Shown here: in pieces, positions 24,715 through 35,799 of the stretch
Position numbering within the stretch: the first letter of the stretch is position 1
Layout of the letters: each line of letters starts with the position of its first letter
NCBI GenBank assembly: GCA_047967505.1
Contig: CM106538.1
DNA length: 64,000 bases
Source of the DNA: Dipteris shenzhenensis
Taxonomy: Eukaryota
Direction: 5' to 3' (one strand)
Notes under the pieces: generated by a model
What the model was told of the DNA's origin: nothing
What the model saw: only the letters and a program-made list of their open reading frames with translations
The model's database searches: none
Made by a program: the position numbers and the translations under genes

Positions 24715-24755
<41 letters not shown>
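24083..24755 (+). repeat. Two near-identical tandem copies (period 328 bp) of a LINE 3' end with stem-loop and microsatellite tail
   Basis: CATGGCAGGAGGCATGG...TTTAATAAAA(TTTC)n(TC)n occurs twice. Hairpins at 24330-24361 and 24658-24689. Confidence 0.95.
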
Positions 24756-24758
<3 letters not shown>

Positions 24759-27700
24759 TGTGCCGGCAGCTCCTCACTGCCCCCGTTCATAGCTTCGTGC
24801 TCGTTCTCGTGCTTTGCAACTCCTCGCTACCGACACATGATTCGCACAGCCCCTGCTCATATCAGCAAGTGATTGCGCGCATCAACAAGTGACTGGCACA
24901 ATCGCTGCCAGCACATGGTTCGCACGGCCCCTACGAATCTACCTCGCGACCCCCGTGTGTAGCCTCGAGACACCTGCGTGTAGCAGCAAGTGAGACACTA
25001 CATCTCGTCCTCACCCCTACGCTCAACCCTGGATACATCTGCGCAGCATCACATTCAGTCTTCAAAGACACGTACGAGACCTCACGTCCAGCCTCAGAGA
25101 CAATCGTGTGACCCCCGTGTGCAACCTCGAGACACCTATGTGACATCACAATCAACCTCAGAGACACCTACGCGACCCCACGCCCAGCCTCAGAGACAAT
25201 CATGCGACCACCATGCCTACTCCTGAGACAACTGGACACCTGCTTGAGAACCAGTCCGACTACAATAATTCGTAAACTAAGAAACGTACCTAGCAGTCAT
25301 CAACGAACCTCTTCTTCGTCACCTGTGTGCAGTCGAGATTCCTGTGCCGAGGACAAGCATTTACATCCACACAGAACTTCAAGAAGCGCGGGAAACATGG
25401 GGTCATTTCAGACCCCTTTCAAGTTGAACAAACACCCAGGCCTAAATACTCCTTTTGGGAAAGTGTATGGCACCAAGAATAGCAAGAAAATGGACATGCT
25501 CATGAACATGTTCAGCGAGTTACAAGCTGAGAATTTCCAGCTCCAAAAAAATGTCATGCAACTCCAAAGAAGAGTGGATGCCCTCGAGAACATAGTGGAT
25601 AATGGATGCCAACAGATGCAAAAGTTTATGCAAACCACACCTGTCGAACGAGATGCAAAAGAATGTGCAAGAAGGGAAGAAGTGGACTGAAATAGTCTCC
25701 AAGAAAGATGCCAGTGCAGAACATGTTTAAGAGCCATCGGAATCAGCTCAAGTACCGCCACGTCCCTCAACCCCAAATCAAGAGGATGCCCATAAATAGA
25801 GAGAAAGAGATAAGAGGTCTTAGAACATTGTTATCCGTGGTCTACCGAAGATGGATAAGGAAACCCCTTTGGCTCTAGCCAAAGAGGTGACTGAATTTTT
25901 TTCAGAACACTTTGCAATGCCTGAAGTGACTGTATATGCAGCCCACCGCGTAGGGAAAGCACAAGAAGACAAGCCCAATAAAAGGGCTATCGTGTGCACT
26001 ATAGCAGATCCACGGAAAGGGGAGATTATCTTGGATAGCAGTAAAGTGTATCTCAAAGGCACACCTTTCTATGTCAGTGAAGACCGTACCCCCAAGCAGC
26101 AGGAAGTGCAAAGAAAACAATACACGGAAAGACTAATGAGACAAGGAAAGTTGCCCCAAACACAAGATGGGGGTCAAAATGCAAAATAGGGATTTGTGAC
26201 CCATGGGAAACGCAAATGCCTACAAGTCATGGTTTGCCTTGGCATAAAAGGGTAAGCATAAATGTCTTCATTCACGATGCAGACATCATCCTTTTAGGAG
26301 AGACTTGGGAAAGTGAAACATGCAAGATCCCAGAGACACCTGGATATGTGGTGCACTCAATATACCAAAGGCAAGTGGGGAAAAGAGGACAAGGAGGTGT
26401 TGCATGCATGGTACAAGAAAAAGTCAGCCTCCATAAAGTGGACAAATACAAAAGATACATGTGGCTGAAAATAGAGCTTGGTAAATGCCATGTCTTTCTT
26501 GCAGGCTGCTACATACCTCACCATGAGTCACCCTTTTACAACAGACACGGAGTGGACCCTAGTGATGCGTTTAAAGCACTATGTCTTGATATGGCTGAAC
26601 TCAGAGAAAAGGGTCAAGTCATAGTTATGGGAGACCTTAATGCAAGAATTGGTCACCTACAGTTTCAGCCCATCACACATGATGAAATGGATAAAGAATC
26701 AGTCATAGAAGTGGACAACATGTCGCAGAGAACATCCGAGGATGACGCCATCAACACACAAGGCAGAGCACTCAGATGCATGAATAATGGGCTGCACATG
26801 CCAGTCTTGAATGGAATGCAATTATTCCCCAACACCCACAAGATGACGTGTATCTCAGCTAGCGGAGGACAGAGTGTGCTAAATTATGCCTTAATACATG
26901 TGGACACTATACCTGTTATCAAAAGCTTCAACATAGGGATGAAATATCCGGAATCGGACCATCTCCCAATATGGTTGGATCTTGACATACACATTGAACA
27001 TAGGGAGCATAAATTTTCAGCACATGCAGGAGGTTTCAAAGTAGACCCAGACAAACACCAAGATTATGCAGACACTTTGGATGCAAAGCTGAGAACAATG
27101 ACCAGCCCTAGCTGGACAGCCCTGTGGGAAGCAATACTTGCCTCAGCCACACAAACCTTTGGAGCAGCATCTACAAGAAAAAAGAAACAGGTCAAAGGGT
27201 TACCACACAAGAAATGGTATGACGAGGAATGTAAACAACTGCGCAAAGAGCTGAAATACATACTGGATGCAGACAGGCATAAACAATTGGAGAAGACATA
27301 CATGCCCTCACAAGGAAAAAGAAAAGAAAATATATTCTAGAAAGAGAGAAATCTGATTTGATTACTTTCATAAAAAATCCAAGAAAAGGCTGGAAACAAG
27401 TGAAAGGTAGACGGAAATAGGTAACAGGGAATATATCAGATGCAACCATGCTAGATTATGTTACCAAGTTGTACAATCATGCACATGCCACTGAAATGGG
27501 GAAGGAGGATCTGTCGGTCACATGTACTTGTCCTTTTACCTTTGAAGACATTGAAGCTGGACTAAAGAAGATGGCTAATGGCAAAGCCTCAGATCACATG
27601 AAGATACAGGCTGAATTTGTGAAATGGACAGGAGACCGAGCAAGAACACGGCTCTCACATCCTAACATGTGCTCTACACCATGGTTTTCCTCAGGAATGG

Positions 27701-29556
27701 CAAGAAAATTGGGTCCAGCCTTTACACAAGGGTGGAGACAAAAATTCAGTCACAAATTACAGAACTATAATGGTCAGCTCTACATTGGCCAAGCTCTTCA
27801 GTATGGTGCTTGAAATGAAAATCAGCTCATGGGAAGAAGAGGCCCAGAAAAGGGCCACTGGACAAGCAGGCTTTTGCAAGGAGCACAGGACAGCCGACCA
27901 CCTTATTACCTTGAGAGTCCTCATGGATGAGTGCAGATTGAGGACGCACTTTATTTTGTTGCTTTGTGGATTTCAAGAAAGCATAGAGGACTATAGAAGA
28001 GAATGCAAGCAATAGGAGTCCCATTGGCCTTGAGAGTAGGCATCTCTCATATCTATGAAAAGGTATTATGCTGACTCAAACAAGCACAGGGTATGTCCGA
28101 TGTATTTGAGGTAATATGGGAGTTAAGCAAGGCTACCCTCTATCACCTACCTTGTTTGGAATATGCATTGATCAACTGGAGGAACTCATCAATGAATTTG
28201 CAACAAAGGAAGGGTTGCAAGGACCGCAATTGGGATTATGGACAGTGCTATTGTTGCTATACGCAGATGATGTAGGCTTTTTTGCATACGATCTGGACTC
28301 TATGCACAAACTTTTACAAGCGCTCAAGACTTTCTGTAGGGAAAGTGGGCTGCAAGTGAATGTCGGAAAAACAAAGATGATGGCAGTCTGTACCAATCAG
28401 CCAGAACATCCCCCTGAGATCACCTTTGATGGACAGATTATTGAGTATGTCAGCACCTTCAAATACTTAGGGGTTGATATCCCGGCAAATCACAGATGGT
28501 GGCAATGTATACACATAAGGATGGACACTGGCTGGGGGAAGTACTACCAGTTTGAGAATGACTACAGGCACACTGACACCAGGAACTGGAAAATTCAAAA
28601 TGTTTTGTTTGATGCATATGTAGTACAGACAGTATTATATGGAGTGGAAGTATGGGGAGGCATATTTCAGCCTCTACATGGAATGATATTGAGAAAATGC
28701 AAAAGACTTTCTTACAGCGACACCTTGGTGTCAAACCCACTACTCCATACTCAGTACTTCTGTTGGAAACAGGAAGGAGGCCGATTGAATTTCATGCACT
28801 GATCAGAGTTATGCAATACCTAATAGAGGTGCAGCAAATGCAACCTGATAGGTTGCCTCATAAAGCATGGAATGCCAGCACAAAGCTTCAAAAGAACCAC
28901 AAAAGTAAGATCATCTATACAGGATGGGCAACCGACATAAGAAAATGGTTCAGCAGATGGAAAGTGGAAGCATATTTGACCATGCAGCCTGAAAAGGTCA
29001 CCATGCAAGAGTTTCAACTGTCTTTACTGAGCACTTTGCAAACTCACTGGCTGACAAGTGAAAAGAAGGTAAAGCTGGAATATTACCAAGACAACATAAA
29101 TCCCACATGTTGGTCTACATACATGTCCATAGAGACTCATGCTCAGCCTTATATTAGCACACCTATCCCCCTTCTATATCGTAGAAACATAGCCAGGTTT
29201 CGTACCAAATCTCATACATTTGCAATTGAGAATGCATCAGCCCAGACATGCTAGAGTCTGTACCCTTTGTGACAGGCAGAGAGTTGAGACGGAGGCAAAT
29301 GTGGCTCTACAGTGCCCCCGATATGCACATATTAGGGAGGACTACCAACAAAACTGGAGGACTCCGCTCAGCTGACATCAGTTCTCTCTACCTCTCCGGC
29401 AGCATTGGGATCTTTTGTCACTCGTCTTTTTACCTGGCGTCAGGAACTCATAGACTCCTGACCCCTCTCCTTGAGGAGACTCTATTTTACATTGTATTGA
29501 GACGGGTCCTATGGGTCATTTTTGGCCCCCCGAGGACGTTAATAGACTCTACTTCT

Positions 29557-29590
<34 letters not shown>
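24756..29590 (+). mobile_element. Near full-length RTEX/L2-like LINE (ORF1 about 25396-26189; ORF2 about 26200-29400, frameshifted)
   Basis: ORF1 LKGTPFYVSEDRT. Endonuclease LGETW, GGVA, GDLNAR, SDH. RT QAGF, GVKQGYPLSP, LLYADD, FKYLG. 3' stem-loop at 29506-29537. (TC)n tracts on both sides. Confidence 0.9.
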
Positions 29591-29592
<2 letters not shown>

Positions 29593-29891
29593 AATAGGCA
29601 CATGTTCTTTTGACATGTCTGCGATATGAGCATCTAAGAGAAGATTTCAGCAATGTCACGCAGCATCACAACAGTTTGGAGAGCTTGCTTTCCCATCCTC
29701 ACCTCGCAGCCTTGGGCAATTACATTACCAAGGTCCTTGCATACCGTGACCAATGTATTACACAGGTAGCAACATGCTAGCTGTCCACTCCACCCTTCTT
29801 CAAAGAAGGAGACTTTTTGTAACATTCCATTGGGTCCCATGGGTCGATTTCAGGCCCCTAGAGGACGATAATAATAGTTTCTTTCTTTCTT

Positions 29892-29923
<32 letters not shown>

Positions 29924-29925
29924 CC
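29591..29925 (+). mobile_element. Short 5'-truncated LINE 3' end
   Basis: HVLLTCLRYEHLR zinc-finger remnant, stem-loop at 29834-29866, and (TTTC)n(TC)n tail. Confidence 0.75.
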
Positions 29926-31190
29926 CCTCTAGACTACCACTTATGGGTGCTCACAAAATCGGGGCTAATGTCAAGACTAATTTAAGGGTCTCATAGGATA
30001 ATTGGCATTGTTAGATGGGGCATTCCAGACTTTCACTTATCTATACAGAGTGCACGCATACGGCTCATGTACCACAGGGCAACACAGGCTACCTTGGCTG
30101 GCACTAGCATCTTCTATAGCACTAGCAACTCAAGGTGATCAAAGATGTTGGTACGCACACACATTCGGGTGGTTTGAGAGATTGGGTTTTCATATAGAGA
30201 GGCTGCCACCCTTCCAGTACAGCATTGACGCTCCGGAGATTCGTTTTGTTCCAAGGCAACGAATTCAACCCAATCATCCGCGAGGATCTCCTACAGCTAC
30301 ACACATTCAGGACATGGCTAGCATAAGGAGAGCTCCCTATGAAGCTCAGCTTCTATAGGGACCACTGCTTGCAAATTTCAGCAGAGGGTTTTATCATTCC
30401 ATCAAGATACACCCAGATCCACCTACCACATTCACTCAGGATTGCCATTACGTGTGTCATCACACCCAAGGAGAGCCGCATCTGCACATTATGTGAGCGC
30501 CATGAGGTGGAGCCAGAGGAGCACTTTCTTTTCCGTTGCCCAGTCTACTATGAGATTTGTGGACAATACCATTGCCTCTTTAGAGACCGGTTCGAGGGCC
30601 TCTCCATACTCCTCCTATACCCAGACCAGAGATGCCTGGTAGCTTTTATTCACGAGGCGGTCCGACATAGAGATCGTCTTATCAGATCGAGGAGACATGA
30701 ACAGAGCACAGAGTTCTTCCAGGCACAGCAGGTTGCTATCACGGTTAGCAGAAGAGGCAAAGACCCTAAGACCGAGATGTGACACACCATGCAGAGGACG
30801 AACACACAAATCACACTCACTAACATCTCCTCTCTCTTTAGGCATGGGAGGCAGCCGACTGAGCTTACAGTGGCGCTCGTTAGGACACGACAGGTTACTC
30901 ATCCAGATAGCAGACAACGATCCATTACTGGCTTCCTGCCAACACTGCCTAGTCTGCCCTCGAGTGTATCTTGATGTTCTATTTGCCTATTTTATTGTAT
31001 TGTATTGGATCAGACGGTGTCTCCACATGAGGATGATGATGCCAGGATGGTTGTTTACGTTTTTTGATAGACTATGTCTACATTGTTTTCTAGCATAGGT
31101 TAGGATGCTCGCTTAGTAGCACCACCCTTTTGCTAGCTGTATCAGGGTTTTCTTCAGTCTCATAGACCCATCGGTCTTTAGCATACTTTA

Positions 31191-31245
<55 letters not shown>
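29926..31245 (+). mobile_element. 5'-truncated RTEX/L2-like LINE (post-RT region, zinc finger, 3' UTR)
   Basis: RICTLCERHEVEPEEHFLFRCPVYYEI, variant stem-loop at 31157-31186, and (TC)n tail. Confidence 0.85.
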
Positions 31246-31248
<3 letters not shown>

Positions 31249-31546
31249 CCCCCCCCCCCATTGTGTGTTTCTCTCCGCTCATCCCCTCCGCCTCTCCGCT
31301 CATCCCCTCCGCCTCTCCGCTAGCCTCACTCGCTCAGCCCCTCTCGATAGCCTCTCCCGCTAGCCCCTCCCTCAGCCTCTCTCTCCCGCTAGCCCCTCCG
31401 CTCAGACTCTCCACCTCAGCCTCCCTCACCCGCTCAGCCTCCCCACCTCAGCCTCGCTCACCCACTCAGCCACCAACGCCGCCGCCACAACAGCAACCAG
31501 CAATCACCGCCACCAGAAGTCACCATCCGCCTCAACAAGGGACACG

Positions 31547-32328
31547 TAACCCCAGGGTTTGCGCTGAGCCCCAAATGTTACGAAAATTATATTTCTGATA
31601 TATCTTGCTTTGGACATTATTATTTTAGTCAAGTGTGACTATGGCAAAGTACTCCATAGGAGCGCACCGGACGCGGCGGGGGTCCTAGTGGATACTTTGT
31701 GTGGTTAGTTGGAATGCCTAACTAGCTTGTGTTTTGCCCTGCTAGATGGTCGGTATAGATGGTCGGTATTGTGGGTGATTCCATGTTAATACTGATGTCA
31801 CTAGTGTTATTGGTGTTGTGCTTGATTATTGTGCTTTGAGTGTGGTTATGTTGGGATCGGTTGATTCGGTACTAACTCCAATCCTCACTATGAGTTCCAT
31901 CACCTATACTCAAGCCGCCAATTACATTAGTTATTAACAATCGATTGAGGGTACCGATCGAGGTGTTGCACAGCACAATTTATATGGCCATGGGCCAATT
32001 TTGTATTTGCTTTATTATTGCAAGTTTGAGCAATATATTTTGTAATGGACATAATTCATTTTTGAGCCCTAAGATGGCTATGTAAAGCAAATCCCTCATT
32101 TTAGAAGAGAGGGATAATTTTGTCTCCTTGGTGCTTTTATGAAATATCATAAATACTCTAGATGAGGAAGCGGGAGCCATTCATCTAGGGGGGCGAGATT
32201 ATACCCAGTCTGCTGTCGCTTTCGTGGTGTGGTTGTGTTCTTCTTCTCCAATTGATTAAGTGGTGAATTTGTGTGGAAGATAATTATCTTTTGGTTTCAC
32301 CAAAACCCAACCCTGGGGGTTAATTACA
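31547..32328. repeat. Probable solo LTR (about 780 bp)
   Basis: Inverted ends TAACCCCAGGGTT and AACCCTGGGGGTTAATTACA. Imperfect TSD ACACG/GCACG. No coding potential. Confidence 0.55.
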
Positions 32329-32344
32329 GCACGGGGCGCCTGAA

Positions 32345-33223
32345 ATGATGCAGGCTACTGTGGATGGGGATGCCAAGACACCTGTGGCCTTCCCCAAGAT
32401 CAAGACACTCCTCTCGACCCCGACAAAAGCACTATATTCCTCCGTTGCAGCTCTCCCCTCGCCTCCCCCCTATGTGTAGGCAAAGACGCCGTCCCCATAT
32501 GCAAAGAACTATCTACAGCAAAAGAGAATGGTAAGCATGATAGACCTGCAAGAGCATATTTGTTACTTACAGCAGGAAATCCGTGAGCTCAAGCTCAAAC
32601 TTGCAGCTTTAGAGAGGAAAACAGATGCATGGGAAACACAAGGAAAACAGGAAATTATTCATGAAGTACTGCAGATATACAATACAGCAACACCCACACC
32701 ACAGATGGTGACTAAAGTCCAAGACCTGGTCACAAGTCAGCTCCAATCAGTAAAACAGGAAATTACAGCAACACTGGACACTAAAGTTAACACATTGGAT
32801 GTGTATGAAGAAGTACAAGAACAGGAAAAGAGGGTGGCTAATACACGACTCGTACACATAGGGGGGCTACCAGAGGGCTGGTTTGAAGGAACTCAAAAGG
32901 AAAAACTGGAAAATATCATGGAAAGAACCCCACAACTAGAATGGGATGCTGAAGACGTAATAGTTGTTTTACAGAAGGGGACACAAGCCAAAGTATACTT
33001 CCAGAACAAGATGAAAAGAAGCAAGATTCTTAAGCAAACCAATAAGCTGAAAGGCACTAAAATATGGATAGCGGAGGAGCTCACCCCAACTCAGCTCAAA
33101 ATGGAGGCCACTGAATTGGCTAAAGTGAAGGATGCTCGAAAGGAAGGAAAATGGGCTGTTTACAGAGATGGAAAAGCACTTATAAGAGACTTCAAATCCA
33201 AGCCTAAAGACTCTCAGTCTTAA
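32345..33223 (+). pseudogene. LINE ORF1-type protein (coiled coil plus RRM/CTD-like region) with one in-frame stop at 32477
   Basis: Homologous by eye to the ORF1 at 15813-16499 (LKGTKIWIAEELT; ARKEGKWAVYRDGKALI). Confidence 0.8.
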
Positions 33224-33401
33224 ACTGATGTAATGCAAGCCGATTATCATTGGTAGTAGACTATAGTAGACTATTGTTAACCTATAATAACTTTGTGAGT
33301 GCTATATGCACTCACGAGATTCTCAGTCTATAACAGATGTTTTGGTGTTCACCTTTTGGTGTGTGTTTGTCCCATAGGCTCGTGAGGTCTCCTGAGGACG
33401 T

Positions 33402-33458
<57 letters not shown>

Positions 33459-33505
33459 GGTTTTTCTTTAGTCTCATAGACGCATCGGTCTTTAGCATAC
33501 TTTAA

Positions 33506-33565
<60 letters not shown>

Positions 33566-33980
33566 AATCTGGCACACTCATGCACCCACACTGTATGACA
33601 TTCCTCACCAGCCGCTCCTGACCTCTCACACTCACCTCATTCTACTTCCTACACTCTTTTCACCAAGGGAAGTGTCAAAGATGCAACATTGAAGCTTCAT
33701 AATGGTCGAGCAAAAGATCATGAGGAACTATGCACTCAGTTTATTGCATATGGGATAAACACCCTAGCCTTGAAGCTCTTCAATGATGCAGTCTGTCTTG
33801 GCTTTCCACACACCTGGACACTTAACACCATCACACTCATTCACAAGGCAAGGGGATCCCATGAAACAAGAAAACTACAGGACCACCATGATTGGGCATG
33901 TCATGCCCCAGATATATGTATCAGTACTGGACACAAAGGTCAGCCGGTTCGCAAAGATGCAGGGACTCAGAGCAGAGGAT
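33566..33980 (+). mobile_element. RTEX/L2-like RT N-terminal fragment
   Basis: GFPHTW...ITLIHK and ENYRTTMIGH follow a (TC)n(AC)n tract. Confidence 0.65.
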
Positions 33981-34263
33981 TCAATGCTCTCCTTTACAAG
34001 TTATATAAATTCTCTTAAGGGATCTAATTCCGTAACATTATCATAGGTAATAAAGTATTGATTGTTTTTAGTGTGATTTGCACTGCCTTGCATTACTTTC
34101 TCTCACAAGAAGTTAGTTTCTGCTTAGAAGTTTTCCTAAACCATCCAATGTTTGTTTGTGTGAGAACGGTTTTTATATCATGTAAAATATTATTACAAAT
34201 ACAAGCATGTTTTGTCATTGCTATAGGCTTGACTCCTGAGGATCCCAAGAAAAAAAGCCTTAC

Positions 34264-34339
34264 CCATTCAGGAATGTCACAGTGTAATTTCCATTTTTCA
34301 ACTAAGTAAGAACTAAAAGGAAACCCTGGAAGACACAAC
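34264..34339 (-). CDS. DGAT1: DGAT1 coding exon 4
   Basis: tgcag|G-LCLPGFPFSSYLVEKWKLHCDIPEW|gtaagg, 76 bp. It completes the phase-2 codon of exon 3 and matches the LSLPxFP...VEK segment. Confidence 0.88.
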
Positions 34340-35799
34340 CTGCACAAGAAAGTCAATTAGAAGAATTAGAAGCAGCTACAAAAATGCCATCATAAAGTGT
34401 GCATAACACGAGAAAACATGATTGCCAACAATGCTAAAGCAATAATGCAAGTAAGGTCTGGTCTCCTATTAGTCCCTAGGTCCAGAGCCTAAAATAAACA
34501 AAATCATACTAACATCAACCCTCACTTTAAAACTGTGGAAATTTGCATTAAATTTAAAAGTAATTCTAGGGGAACATAATTTCCAGCCATCAATGTGATC
34601 AAGGGATATTCAAAATTCATGAGACCTTGACTTGTGAAGCAAGCCAGTACATATTCCAGCAATGTTGTAATTTGTCGACTCATCCATACTTCACATATCT
34701 ACATCCAGGAACATTTCTTCCCCCTTGAGAAAGAATTTTCTGACTACTCGAGTAGGCCATGCTACCTTTTTCAAGGCTTCAATAGGTTTTAACATACTTA
34801 AACTTCATATACATGTTTTTTATAATCTATAATTTCAAAATTCAAACCTTATATGGGTCCATATGACTTATGCCAATTGACTTGAGTACTTGGAGGGTCG
34901 GAGCTTGTATGAGAAATTTATGTTAATTTTTGGGCAAATTTATCAAATTTTGAGCTGAAAATCTTAGCCCAGGCAACTTGGAGAAGGCTTTCGATTCGCC
35001 ATTGGGCTATTATTGGCCCCTAATTTTTTCATTGCCTGCAAGCTTTAATATCTTCATACACAGCACTTAAGTCACCAATGAAGCCCAGGAGCAAACGAGC
35101 ATCCTCCCCCTTTGAACAACGCTTATAGGAAATGCCAAAAAGGCACCCTCCCTCAGGCATACCATAATTGGCTGCCATGCATCATGTCCCAAATGAGAGC
35201 TTCATTTTGATTTACATCCTTTGTCAAAGCATTTGAACCTTCAACCCCCTCATCATACACAATTGAAGTGCTCCTTCACTTTCTCACATTCAACCACATC
35301 ATCAACCCCCTTTTTCTCCTCCACTAAAGGTGAAGGCGACATAGTATCAACACAATTTATCACTAGAAAAATCAGTTTACACATCCTGCCATGTCACGAC
35401 ATTCAACCACATTTTGTAACTTCCATTCTTTCTTTTCACCAAAGAACAGTGCTTTACCAAAAGACATCTTCCCCTTCTTCAAAACATACCTTTGGAACTG
35501 CGGTAACAATGCATCCACAAAGCACTTATGCCACTTGAAAAACATGCTCCCCTCCTAACTGTTTTTTTTGTTGGGGAGTTCTTATACTTTCCATTGAGCA
35601 TCCTTGTTTAAGAATGTATACATTAGCAAACTTTTAAAAGTACCCAAGATAGAACCACTTCAGAGTTTACTGCTCTTCAAGCTTAACATTGAATGGAGTG
35701 AGAGGTCTGCTGCTCTGTCCCCCAGCCTGAAACTTGGGGCAGTTGCTGAATTTCTTCAAGTGATCATCCTTTTCTCAAGTGATCATCCTCCTAACTGCA

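Larger units (their letters stand above)
31262..33454 (+). mobile_element. ORF1-only non-autonomous LINE (HAL1-like architecture), with a solo-LTR-like insert in its 5' UTR
   Basis: C-rich 5' UTR, ORF1 32345-33223, about 180 bp of 3' UTR, stem-loop at 33369-33399 and (TC)n tail. No endonuclease or RT is visible. Confidence 0.75.

Noticed and set aside
24760-24790. HDV-like ribozyme at a LINE 5' end (GGCAGCTCCTCACTGCC resembles P3/L3)
   Set aside because: No P1, P2 or P4 partners could be found; only a simple hairpin is supported.
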